Of a stretch of 64,000 bases of DNA, positions 1 to 7,794 are shown piece after piece. Each line of letters starts with the position of its first letter. Within the stretch, counting starts at the first letter, position 1. The stretch is from positions 128,593-192,592 of the forward strand of contig WJKK01000001.1 in the NCBI GenBank assembly GCA_014729135.1, read 5' to 3'. A model generated the notes under the pieces. That model worked only from the letters and a program-made list of their open reading frames with translations. It was not told the origin of the DNA and did not search any database. A program made the translations under genes and the position numbers. The DNA comes from a candidate division WWE3 bacterium. Its GTDB lineage: Bacteria; Patescibacteriota; WWE3; UBA101185; UBA10185.

Positions 1-63
1 GATCAAAGAGTGTTAGCATGCACAAAATATACTAACACGTCGCTACGCTTAGAAAAGATAAGC

Positions 64-684
64 CTAGTAATAGTAGCAGCCTTCTCTTAAATCCTCGGGA
101 AAGCCGGCGTCCTCTAAAACAGCACAGTCAGGGCTTCCGTTGCCATCAGCTGCAATAACCCATTCATCATCTTCCTTGTAGACCCAAAACATACCCCCTC
201 CACCGGGACCTTCGCTTAATTTAACGCCTCCTGTAGCGTACAAAACTTCTGTTTCCAAATCATCAAAAACTTCTGAAATCTCTATAGTAATTTCCTCTAC
301 ATCCTTTTCGTATTTGTTGGCAAAGGCTTCTTTGATAGATTGTATGTCGTTGGAAGTTAGCTCTAAAGTCTCTTCGTCTTCACCTTCAGAAGAATCAGCA
401 TCGGCTTCCTCATCGCCCTCTGCACTCTCAGACTCAACTGCATCTTCTCCGGAGTCGCTTTCAGCTTCCTCCCCGGAATCCTCGGCAGCCTCGTCAACAG
501 GTTCCTCCTCAACAACTTCCGTAGACTCCTCCACTACAACCGCTTCCGGCGCGTCAACACCCATCCCAAGTAAATCCCCGCGAGTGTCGTACCAAAGCTT
601 AGCTGCAAAAATACCCGCCAAAAAAGCCAAAGCTAAAAATATAAACTGATTTGAATTTGTGGTTTCGTGTGAATTTTCTGTCAT
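64..684 (-). CDS. hypothetical membrane-anchored protein with a long acidic (D/E/S-rich) low-complexity linker
   Basis: 206-aa ORF. N-terminal hydrophobic segment (FIFLALAFLAGIFAA), then a very acidic repeat region and a globular C-terminal part. No recognisable family. Confidence 0.45.
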   Translation of the reverse strand: MTENSHETTNSNQFIFLALAFLAGIFAAKLWYDTRGDLLGMGVDAPEAVVVEESTEVVEEEPVDEAAEDSGEEAESDSGEDAVESESAEGDEEADADSSEGEDEETLELTSNDIQSIKEAFANKYEKDVEEITIEISEVFDDLETEVLYATGGVKLSEGPGGGGMFWVYKEDDEWVIAADGNGSPDCAVLEDAGFPEDLREGCYYY

Positions 685-739
685 GGCCTAATTATATGCC
701 TATTTTTGCTATAAATAAACCTTCTGATATTCTAAGAGC

Positions 740-1171
740 ATGCCAACTAATCTAAATAAAACATTAGCAGCAAGAATTGTTCTAGGATTTCTCGGAGGTC
801 TACTTATTGGTCTGGTAGTTTTTGGAGTATCCCGCCGGATTAATCCTTCAAGTACCGTGCAAATTAAAATTAACGAAAAATCTTACACATTGGAAATTGC
901 AAAAACTCCCGCGCAAAGGGCTAAAGGGCTTATGCTTCGAGAAAATTTAGATGAAAATAAGGGCATGCTTTTTGTGTTTCCTAGAGAAGGACGGCATGGA
1001 TTTTGGATGTATAAAACGAGAATTCCTTTGAAGATGATTTGGCTTGATAAAAACTGGAAGGTAGTGCATATGGAGGCGCAGGTACCTCCTTGTGAAAGTG
1101 AGGATCCTTTGAAGTGTCCCTCTTATTATCCTTCTAAACCGGCAATGTATGTGATTGAGATTAACCCTTAA
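740..1171 (+). CDS. DUF192 family protein
   Basis: 143 aa with an N-terminal TM segment. Motif pattern AQRAKGLMLRENL...GMLFVFP...GFWMYKTRIPLKMIWLD is typical of DUF192 proteins. Confidence 0.6.
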   Translation: MPTNLNKTLAARIVLGFLGGLLIGLVVFGVSRRINPSSTVQIKINEKSYTLEIAKTPAQRAKGLMLRENLDENKGMLFVFPREGRHGFWMYKTRIPLKMIWLDKNWKVVHMEAQVPPCESEDPLKCPSYYPSKPAMYVIEINP

Positions 1172-1269
1172 ACACAAAAACGGATTCTCAAGTTTACGGA
1201 GCCTTCAATCCCTTGACGAGACTTATTTTCTCAGGCACTATTCTTCTATAGGCTGTTTGAAATAAATTT

Positions 1270-1620
1270 GGTGACTGGCGGGAAAGGAGAGGACGGTGGC
1301 AAGTAAAACTGCTGTTAAAAAGGCGGTGGTGAGGATCATCGCCGCAGAGAGAGGAAAACGAGGGAGGAGCCGCCCCTCGGCGGAAAAGCTGGAGGAAGTC
1401 TTGCGAAATGCCGTAAGACCCTTTGGGTACACCGTAGCGCGTACTACACAGAGAAATCTCTGCCCCGAACAGGCAAGAGAACGAAACTGGGTCCCCTTAC
1501 GGGACGGGAGAAGTTGCCTCGCCATCTACGTAGATGGCGTGGTGTACACGCGCCTGATTTAAAAACAAACTCCTTCGGGGAACATAGGCGGACGACATGC
1601 CCAAATCCCCGAAGGAGAAA
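1270..1620 (+). promoter_or_regulatory. GC-rich structured leader / candidate ncRNA upstream of metG (unassigned; T-box-like leader is one hypothesis)
   Basis: GC content is far above the surroundings and only implausible overlapping ORFs occur on both strands. There is a 20-bp perfect palindrome CGCCATCTACGTAGATGGCG (1520-1539). A 12-bp-stem hairpin lies at 1570-1617 (CTCCTTCGGGGA / TCCCCGAAGGAG); its 3' arm contains AAGGAG. A further hairpin at 1396-1417 has loop AAAUGC. Long-range complementary segments include GCGCGTAC (1436-1443) and GTACACGCGC (1543-1552). Confidence 0.3.
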
Positions 1621-1666
1621 CACTTCCTGCTGGAACACAAACAACGTATGCTAAAATAACCCCATC

Positions 1667-3160
1667 ATGAAAGAAAAAAAAGACCGACAGGCTAACCACT
1701 CCAAAAACCACAGCACAAAAAAAACCTACATAACAACAGCAATACCCTACGTCAACGCAGCCCCTCACATAGGCTTTGCTCTAGAAATAATTCAAGCCGA
1801 CGTACTTAACCGCTACTACAAAAGCAAAGACCAAGACACTTACTTTGTAACCGGAACCGATGAAAACTCGCTAAAAAACGTCTTGAAAGCTGAAGAAGAA
1901 GGCATCTCCACAAAAGAACTTGTAAATAAATACTCTAAAAACTTCCTGGAGCTAAAGGAAATTCTTAACATTGACTATGACGATTTTATTAGAACCACAG
2001 AGCCCAGACACATCAAAAACGTTGAAAAGTTTTGGAAGGCCTGTGAAAAAGATATCTACAAAAAAAGCTACAAAGGCCTTTACTGCGTGGGTTGCGAGGA
2101 ATTTAAACTTGAAAAAGACCTGGAGGAAGGAAAGTGCCCGGAACATTTAAACAAGGCTTTGGAAGTGGTGGAAGAGGAAAACTACTTTTTTAAACTCTCT
2201 AAATATCAAAAGCAATTAAAAGAACTTATCGAAACAGAAACCCTTAAAATCGTACCTAAAGGAAGAAAAAACGATGTTTTGGGATTTATTGATCAAGGCT
2301 TAGAGGACTTCTCTATTTCGCGATCGGTGGAAAGAGCTAAAGGATGGGGAATTCCTGTTCCGGGAGACCCCTCTCAAATCATTTACGTGTGGTTTGATGC
2401 CCTGGTTAATTACATTAGCGCTTTGGGATATGCCGAGGAAAGCGCTTTGTATAAGGATTTCTGGGCAGATAGCGACAAGATTCTCCATTGTATAGGCAAA
2501 GGAATTACACGCTTTCATGCAATTTACTGGCCGGCTATGCTTTTATCCGCGGGAGTAAGGCTGCCGACGCATGAGCTGGTTCATGGCTACATTACGGCGG
2601 ATGGGCAAAAGATGAGCAAAAGTTTGGGGAATGTTGTGGAGCCTAAGGCTGTGGTGGAAAAGTATGGAACAGATGCAGTGAGATACTTTTTGTTAAAGGC
2701 AATTCCGCCTACTAAGGATGGTGACTTTAATAAGGGGTATTTTGAGGAGGTTTATAATGCGGATTTGGCTAATGGCCTTGGTAATGCGGTTGCGCGTGTG
2801 GCTAAGATGGCGGAGAATTCGGGTTTTGAGTTTGAGGTTGATACTAAGGGGTTTGAGAAGGTTTGGGAGGCAGATTGGACGCAGGATTTGCAAAGTCACA
2901 TGGAGTCTTTTCGGCTGGATTTAGCTATACAGGAGGTGTGGAAAATGCTTTCACAATTGGATAAACATATTAATGAACATGAGCCTTGGGCTGTTAAGGA
3001 TGAGGAAAAGTTGCGTGAAATTTTGGATTTTGAGGTAAATCTTATCAGAAGGGCGGCTGTAGTGCTAAAGCCTTTCATTCCTGATACTAGTAGGAAGATA
3101 CAAGCTCAATTCTTTAAAAAAGATATTAAGGCGCAAAAACCCCTCTTCCCACGCATTTAA
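1667..3160 (+). CDS. metG: methionyl-tRNA synthetase (short form)
   Basis: Class I HIGH-like motif ([11 protein letters not shown]), KMSKS motif ([10 protein letters not shown]), zinc knuckle CVGCEEF...CPEH and overall MetRS sequence pattern. 497 aa, without the C-terminal dimerisation domain. Confidence 0.9.
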   Translation: MKEKKDRQANHSKNHSTKKTYITTAIPYVNAAPHIGFALEIIQADVLNRYYKSKDQDTYFVTGTDENSLKNVLKAEEEGISTKELVNKYSKNFLELKEILNIDYDDFIRTTEPRHIKNVEKFWKACEKDIYKKSYKGLYCVGCEEFKLEKDLEEGKCPEHLNKALEVVEEENYFFKLSKYQKQLKELIETETLKIVPKGRKNDVLGFIDQGLEDFSISRSVERAKGWGIPVPGDPSQIIYVWFDALVNYISALGYAEESALYKDFWADSDKILHCIGKGITRFHAIYWPAMLLSAGVRLPTHELVHGYITADGQKMSKSLGNVVEPKAVVEKYGTDAVRYFLLKAIPPTKDGDFNKGYFEEVYNADLANGLGNAVARVAKMAENSGFEFEVDTKGFEKVWEADWTQDLQSHMESFRLDLAIQEVWKMLSQLDKHINEHEPWAVKDEEKLREILDFEVNLIRRAAVVLKPFIPDTSRKIQAQFFKKDIKAQKPLFPRI

Positions 3161-3161
3161 C

Positions 3162-3302
3162 AAGGATGATCCTTTGTAGAGACGGACCTTTCCCCTATAT
3201 AAGAGCGGAAACCTGTAAGAAGGTAAAGGATTATCCTTTAAAAAAGATCCAGAATAACTGGGGGTAAAGGAAAAAATACCCATTTGATGAAGGATTATCC
3301 TC
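3162..3302. promoter_or_regulatory. three copies of a 13-bp palindrome AAGGATNATCCTT at 64-bp phasing, upstream of smpB
   Basis: aaggatgatcctt (3162-3174), aaggattatcctt (3226-3238) and aaggattatcctc (3290-3302). Centre-to-centre spacing is 64 and 64 bp. The sites lie in the metG-smpB intergenic region. Confidence 0.4.
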
Positions 3303-3333
3303 TAAGTTAAATACTTAATGTTAAAATGGGCAC

Positions 3334-3801
3334 ATGCTGCTAGCAAAGAACAGAAAAGCGCTTTATAACCATGAAATAATTGAAAAGTACCTCGCTGGAG
3401 TGGTCCTAAAAGGGTATGAAGTAAAGGCAATTCGCGAAGGAAAAATAAGTTTTGAAGGATCCTATATAAAAGTGCAAAATGGAGAGGCTTTTGCCATAAA
3501 TATCCATATTGGAAAATACTCCAAACAATCGCAAGAACTGTCGCAGAGGCAGGAAAAACATCCTTTAAAACTACTCCTCAACCAACGAGAAATTGAAGAA
3601 ATCGCGCGGGAAACGCATCAAAAAGGGAAAACAGCAGTACCTATAGCTTTCGTTTTACGTAATAATATGATAAAATTGGAGTTAGCTGTAGTGAAGGGAA
3701 GAAAAGAGTATGAGAAGAAACAGCTTGCTAAGAAACGCCAAGTAGAAAAGGATCTGCAAAGGCAAAGAAAGAATTTAAAATTCGGGGATGACCGGATTTG
3801 A
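3334..3801 (+). CDS. smpB: SsrA-binding protein SmpB
   Basis: 155 aa. The SmpB pattern (GVVLKGYEVKAIREGKISFEGSYIKVQNGEAF...PLKLLLNQREIEEI...KGKTAVPIAFVL...KLELAVVKGRKEYEKK) is present and the gene lies immediately upstream of tmRNA, which is the classic arrangement. Confidence 0.85.
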   Translation: MLLAKNRKALYNHEIIEKYLAGVVLKGYEVKAIREGKISFEGSYIKVQNGEAFAINIHIGKYSKQSQELSQRQEKHPLKLLLNQREIEEIARETHQKGKTAVPIAFVLRNNMIKLELAVVKGRKEYEKKQLAKKRQVEKDLQRQRKNLKFGDDRI

Positions 3802-4175
3802 TTGATTGCACTTTTAAAATATGGGCGCAAGCCAAGCTGCTGATGCTTGTTAAACACAGCAAAAAACACTTGCCGATACAATGGTAAGAGAGCCTGCACT
3901 AGCGGGCGCAATGGCCTAAAATTAGTTTAATTACTATTTAGGTCAGGTTCCTAAAAGCCTATCCGGGGGGTTTTAGAGAATCTTATAAAACCGGAGTGAG
4001 GGGTTTGGAGCCGGTAATTCCAAAATCCAAGGGCTAAAAAACCCAAACACTTTACCTAGGGAGGACCTAGAAAGCGCGTTAAAGGCTTTCCCTTCTGAAA
4101 ATAACTTTAACTAAGCTTGTAGATACTCATATTTGGTCTTTCAAGACGGGGGTTCGATTCCCCCCATCTCCACCA
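3784..4175 (+). ncRNA. ssrA: tmRNA (ssrA), one-piece
   Basis: 5' end GGGGAUGACCGGAUUUGA resembles the tmRNA 5' tRNA-like domain. The 3' end is GGGGGUUCGAUUCCCCC-CAUCUCC-ACCA: T-arm plus acceptor strand plus ACCA. The acceptor stem pairs GGGGAUG with CAUCUCC, including a G3-U70 alanine identity pair. Length is about 392 nt. The candidate tag ORF ends at UAA 3917-3919 (...ALAGAMA*), but the tag frame is uncertain. Confidence 0.75.
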
Positions 4176-4268
4176 GAAAGCATTCGCTACGCGAATGTTT
4201 CTGGCCCAAGCAAATACGAGCGAATGCGAGTATTTGTTTGCTGCCTCACAAATCCAAAAGACTTGTGA
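4175..4268 (+). terminator. terminator hairpin plus two further conserved hairpin modules immediately 3' of tmRNA
   Basis: AGAAAGCATTCGC-TAC-GCGAATGTTTCT (4175-4202). Then CAAATAC-GAGCGAATGCGAG-GTATTTG (4211-4236) and CACAA...TTGTG (4246-4268). The same modules follow tRNA-Arg at 7582-7675. Confidence 0.5.
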
Positions 4269-4334
4269 ATACTTCCAGACTTTGCACACCACCCGCACTC
4301 CCCGATTTGTTAAACAATCCGCTATAATAAGCAC

Positions 4335-4937
4335 ATGTATCTAAACAAACTGGCAGAAACCATCCTTAAATACAACCACCCAAAGAAAATAAGCAAGGTA
4401 AACTTCGCCAAAACCATATACCTAGTTCATAAATACCTCTGTCAAAATAAAAAATCCAAAAACACAGCAATAAAGTACATTAGAATGCCTCTGGGGCCGG
4501 TTCCAAAGGGATTCATGGATCTACACAACCACAATAAAAACATCAAAGTTTCCATAAGAAACACAGAAAACGATCTGTTGTATAACACGGAGAATTACTC
4601 TATTGAAAACAGGGAAATAGAACATTTCGCTAAAGATACGGAACTGGAAATAAAAAAACTCGCAAAAGCGCTGCAAAGATTCCCAACTAGCAAATTAGTA
4701 GATTACACGCATAAAGAACCTTCCTGGAAAAAAAGAAAAAACGGGGAAGAATATTTTATACAAAAAGAGGACCTGAAAAGAAAACTCCCTAACGTACGGG
4801 GAAGAAAAAGACAAAAAACAAAAGAAAATTCAAGAATACAAGCTCAACTTTTAGAGGGACTACTAGAAGACATTGTCACAGAGAGTACAAAGCTGGAATA
4901 TCCAGATTTAAACCAAGATGGAAAAAAGTCTCAGTAA
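4335..4937 (+). CDS. Panacea-domain (SocA/DUF4065-like) putative antitoxin
   Basis: The N-terminal region (KVNFAKTIYLVHKYLCQ...AIKYIRMPLGPVPKGF) resembles the Panacea/DUF4065 domain. It overlaps and precedes a Fic/Doc gene, an arrangement like SocAB. Confidence 0.45.
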   Translation: MYLNKLAETILKYNHPKKISKVNFAKTIYLVHKYLCQNKKSKNTAIKYIRMPLGPVPKGFMDLHNHNKNIKVSIRNTENDLLYNTENYSIENREIEHFAKDTELEIKKLAKALQRFPTSKLVDYTHKEPSWKKRKNGEEYFIQKEDLKRKLPNVRGRKRQKTKENSRIQAQLLEGLLEDIVTESTKLEYPDLNQDGKKSQ

Positions 4938-5622
4938 GAATGATGTAACAAGAAACCTGTGGAATTCCTATAAGAAGAGCGAGGAATATGCGAAAGGAAT
5001 GCATAAAGCAATTCCGGAAAATCACCCCTTAATACAAGAGCGGGAGAAAGAGGGCTTACAACATATCTACTCCCAGGTTAAAAACAAGACCGCCCAAGGA
5101 GAGCTTGCGTTTAAAAAGCTCAAAAAACGAACAGTAGGTAGTTGGGTTAATGAGTGGAAAAAAATGCATTCCACACTTTTTGGAACAGTGCTTAAAGAGC
5201 ATGGGCATTTAAGAAAGAACGATGTCAGGTTTGGAGGTATTGACAGTGTAGAAAAACACAAAATACCCACCTATAAAGAGGTACCTCGAGAGATAAACAA
5301 GCTAGCCTACAAAATACCCCAATTTATGCAAGAAACAAAGGAACAAAGTGAAATCTGCAAAATTCTAGCAAAAATACACTATCAATTTATTCGAATACAC
5401 CCTTTTTACGACGGAAACGGAAGAATAGCACGCGTCTTAACGGATCAAATTTCAGTGGCATATGGATTGCCCCCAGCCATAGCGGGATATCCCCGGCATG
5501 ATAAAAAAAGAAGAGAAGCCTATCACAAAGCAATCGATTCCTGCGCAGAGGATTCAACGTGCGAAAGTCTGGCCCTCTGGATTGAGGGTTATATAAGCAA
5601 ACAGAAAGAACAACTTGCTTAA
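4918..5622 (+). CDS. Fic/Doc family protein (putative AMPylating toxin)
   Basis: Canonical Fic motif HPFYDGNGRIAR (HxFx[D/E]GNGRxxR). Confidence 0.8.
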   Translation: MEKSLSKNDVTRNLWNSYKKSEEYAKGMHKAIPENHPLIQEREKEGLQHIYSQVKNKTAQGELAFKKLKKRTVGSWVNEWKKMHSTLFGTVLKEHGHLRKNDVRFGGIDSVEKHKIPTYKEVPREINKLAYKIPQFMQETKEQSEICKILAKIHYQFIRIHPFYDGNGRIARVLTDQISVAYGLPPAIAGYPRHDKKRREAYHKAIDSCAEDSTCESLALWIEGYISKQKEQLA

Positions 5623-5743
5623 AATTTCTGTAGCTTTATGGAAATCTTTATAAAACTGCAAATCCTTTTATTTTTTAGTGCTGTTGTTATCTTTTTTGGA
5701 ATTGGCTACATGATGGAAATCTAACCGTTCAAGACCTTACTTC

Positions 5744-5772
5744 TTGACACAAGGTTACACAATGTGTAATAT
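5744..5772 (+). promoter_or_regulatory. sigma70-like promoter with overlapping palindromic operator for the vapBC-like operon
   Basis: TTGACA (5744-5749), a 17-nt spacer, then TAATAT (5767-5772) with an upstream TGTG. The palindrome TTACACAATGTGTAA (5755-5769) overlaps the -10 element. The start codon is at 5782. Confidence 0.45.
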
Positions 5773-5781
5773 GTAATCATT

Positions 5782-6027
5782 ATGAACAGAGTACAAGTAT
5801 TACTAAAACCTGAAACCATAACTAAAGTAAAAAAAGCCGCCAAAAAGAACAAAACCTCTGCCTCCGGCTTTATTAGAGAGGTGGTAGAGAAGGAGCTGGA
5901 AAAGGAAAAATCTAAAAAGGACCCCATAAAAATCCTATTAAATGCAGCTAAAAACGCGTCCAAAGGAGGTCCCAGAGACCTCAGCACCAATGATGACTAT
6001 CTTTATGGCAAGGACAGCGTACTATGA
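5782..6027 (+). CDS. ribbon-helix-helix antitoxin (VapB/CopG-like)
   Basis: 81 aa with an RHH-like segment (SASGFIREVVEKELEK). It overlaps the downstream PIN gene by 4 nt (ATGA). Confidence 0.5.
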   Translation: MNRVQVLLKPETITKVKKAAKKNKTSASGFIREVVEKELEKEKSKKDPIKILLNAAKNASKGGPRDLSTNDDYLYGKDSVL

Positions 6028-6428
6028 GAATTCTAATAGATGCTGATACCTATATAGCCCTCTACAACAAAGACGACGCCCTACACAACAAAGCAAATAA
6101 AATCCTAAATTCTCTCAAAAACAAAGATGTAGAAACCTTTACTACTTATGATGTTGTGGATGAAGTGGCGACTAAATTGTCTTATTTCTTAAAAAAATCG
6201 GATTCTCTGAGGTTTTTAAAGCAGTTAATGGAGTCCGAAACAGAAATAATCTATCCCACCGAAAACAGCCTCCTTGAAACAATAGAAAAAGTGAAATCAA
6301 TAAGGTCTAAAAGAGTTTCTTTCACGGATTGCGCAAATATGATTGCTTACAAGCATTACGACATAGATGCGATTTTTTCTTTTGACAAGATTTACGAGAA
6401 GCAAGGGATAAAAACGTTGAAACCATGA
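6024..6428 (+). CDS. vapC: PIN-domain toxin (VapC-like)
   Basis: 134 aa with N-terminal ILIDADTYIAL (acidic D residues) and C-terminal FTDCANMIAYKHYDIDAIFSFDK, the typical PIN signature. Confidence 0.75.
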   Translation: MRILIDADTYIALYNKDDALHNKANKILNSLKNKDVETFTTYDVVDEVATKLSYFLKKSDSLRFLKQLMESETEIIYPTENSLLETIEKVKSIRSKRVSFTDCANMIAYKHYDIDAIFSFDKIYEKQGIKTLKP

Positions 6429-6455
6429 TAAAATAGGCACTGCTAGGCCAAACAT

Positions 6456-6544
6456 GGAGGGTTGGCAGAGTGGTAATGCAGCGGCTTGCTAAGCCGTCAC
6501 CGTGTAATAGCGGTGCGTGGGTTCGAATCCCGCACCCTCCGCCA
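6456..6544 (+). tRNA. tRNA-Ser (anticodon GCU), class II with long variable arm
   Basis: Acceptor GGAGGGT/ACCCTCC. Anticodon loop TTGCTAA. The long variable arm is CACCGTGTAATAGCGGTG. T-loop TTCGAAT. CCA is encoded. Confidence 0.85.
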
Positions 6545-6757
6545 AAAAGATTCCGCTACGCGGAACTTTTTGGGCCAGGTAAATTCGACTGAATAGGAGA
6601 ATTTAGCTGCAACGTAAAAGTTCCAGGAACTTTTACGGATCTTCCAAAATTGCAAATTTTGGAAGCACCTTCAAGTGTAGCGAAGCTACCTTGAATAGCT
6701 TTTGCGCAGCAAAAGGTGAGCTCTTCTAAAGATCCTGACTTTCGTCAGGATGACGCT
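6545..6757 (+). repeat. array of six consecutive near-perfect hairpins (modular repeat) 3' of tRNA-Ser
   Basis: First hairpin is a terminator-like AAAAGATTCCGC-TAC-GCGGAACTTTTT. Then a 12-bp stem CGTAAAAGTTCC/GGAACTTTTACG (6613-6637). An 11-bp stem CTTCCAAAATT-GCA-AATTTTGGAAG (6641-6665). TTCAAGTGTAGC-GAA-GCTACCTTGAA (6669-6694). GCTTTTGC-GCA-GCAAAAG (6698-6716). ATCCTGAC-TTTC-GTCAGGAT (6732-6751). A near-identical copy of 6597-6727 occurs at 14088-14218. Confidence 0.6.
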
Positions 6758-6822
6758 ACCCTCCAGCGGCATAACTCCCACAAATTGCAAACAACAAAAA
6801 ACCCCGCTAAAATAAACCCAAC

Positions 6823-7404
6823 ATGCAACTAAACCAAATCACAGACTTCCTAGGACTCACCGACACAAAATCAAAAGAACCCGAGCCCGCCGACAATCCC
6901 GTATTCAACGTAGAGCAGGCAGGAGAAAAAAAGACCCTTGTAGAATGGGAAGCTCCCTTAAGAACCCCGCTAAAAGCAATGGGAGGTAAACTAAAAAAGA
7001 ACCTCCTAATAGTTGCCATAGTAATGGGGCTTTTCCTCCTTCTAATAGGTGAATACTTCATAATCCTTGTGGTTGCAAGCGTCGTCTTCATTGGATACAT
7101 CCTGTCGGCAACCCCCGCAGAAACCGTCCACTACGAAATCACCACTCACGGCATAAAATACGTGAATCAATTTTACTACTGGAACGAGTTTGGACCTTTC
7201 TTCATTACGGAAGACAATGGAGTGGCCGTGCTAAACGTTGATATGAAAGAGCAAATTCCGGCAAGGCTCTTTATTACTATAAAGGAAGGGCAAAAGGAGA
7301 AGGTTAAGGAGGCATGTGCTAAATATTTGCCTTATTTAGAGGAAAAGCCCGAAACATTCTTGGACAAAGCTTACGAAAAGATTACAAGCAAGCTGGATTT
7401 TTAG
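6823..7404 (+). CDS. hypothetical membrane protein (two central TM helices)
   Basis: 193 aa with hydrophobic segments LLIVAIVMGLFLLLIGEYFIILVVASVVFIGYIL. No recognisable family. Confidence 0.5.
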   Translation: MQLNQITDFLGLTDTKSKEPEPADNPVFNVEQAGEKKTLVEWEAPLRTPLKAMGGKLKKNLLIVAIVMGLFLLLIGEYFIILVVASVVFIGYILSATPAETVHYEITTHGIKYVNQFYYWNEFGPFFITEDNGVAVLNVDMKEQIPARLFITIKEGQKEKVKEACAKYLPYLEEKPETFLDKAYEKITSKLDF

Positions 7405-7505
7405 CTTTCCGATTTAATTTCCCTGTTTTAAAAGTATAGGTTTTAAGAGATAACAAAGGTTTTTCTGTATTTTGCGGTATAATACGCGATGTGGGAGCAG
7501 TGTTT

Positions 7506-7581
7506 GCGCCCGTAGCTCAGTGGATAGAGCACAGCATTGCGGATGCTGGGGTCGGGGGTTCGAGTCCCTCCGGGCGCGCCA
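7506..7581 (+). tRNA. tRNA-Arg (anticodon GCG as encoded)
   Basis: Acceptor GCGCCCG/CGGGCGC. Anticodon loop TTGCGGA (34-36 = GCG). T-arm GGGGG-TTCGAGT-CCCTC. CCA is encoded. Confidence 0.75.
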
Positions 7582-7720
7582 AAAAGATTCCGCTACGCGG
7601 AACTTTTTGGCCCAAGCAAATGTGAGCGAATGCGAACATTTGTTTGCTGCCTCACAAGTTGTACTCAACTTGTGAAGAGGAGAATTTAGCTGCACCCGAG
7701 GCATTTGCCAAAGGCAAATG
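7582..7720 (+). repeat. hairpin-module array 3' of tRNA-Arg, sharing modules with the tmRNA 3' region and the tRNA-Ser 3' region
   Basis: AAAAGATTCCGC-TAC-GCGGAACTTTTT. Then CAAATGT-GAGCGAATGCGA-ACATTTG (7617-7642). The stem covaries against 4211-4236 (TAC/GTA changes to TGT/ACA) while the loop is conserved. Then TCACAAGTTG-TACT-CAACTTGTGA (7652-7675), whose reverse complement is at 12671-12694. Then GCATTTGCC-AAA-GGCAAATGC (7700-7722). Confidence 0.55.
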
Positions 7721-7794
7721 GCGAACTATTTTAACGCGGGTATTTGTTTGAAAATAACAAGTCGCATTAGATAATTATTCTTGTCATCCAAGCC

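Noticed and set aside
314-649. Ser-rich ORF 314..649(+)
   Set aside because: It is antisense to the acidic repeat region of ORF 64..684(-). It is a compositional artefact.
1270-1560. RNase P RNA (rnpB) as identity of the GC-rich element
   Set aside because: I could not find the universally conserved P4 strands (GGAAAGUCCGGGC...ACAGAANCCGGCUUA). Only a partial GGAAAG was found. This is not excluded without a covariance-model search, but it is not supportable by eye.
1238-1768. Track ORFs 1296..1562(+), 1238..1525(-), 1444..1644(-), 1559..1768(-) in the GC-rich region
   Set aside because: They overlap one another on both strands within a GC-rich, hairpin-dense segment. The translations are Arg- and Pro-rich with no family resemblance. 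They are interpreted as artefacts of a structured non-coding element.
3166-3174. AAGGATNATCCTT sites as degenerate DnaA boxes
   Set aside because: They contain TTATCC but lack the ACA needed to complete the 9-mer. They occur as perfect palindromes with fixed phasing far from oriC. Bona fide TTATCCACA boxes cluster around dnaA instead.
4107-4334. Track ORFs 4107..4334(-) and 4133..4327(+), and 7414..7704(-) / 7472..7675(+)
   Set aside because: They overlap the tmRNA 3' end, or tRNA-Arg, plus downstream hairpin modules. They are spurious.
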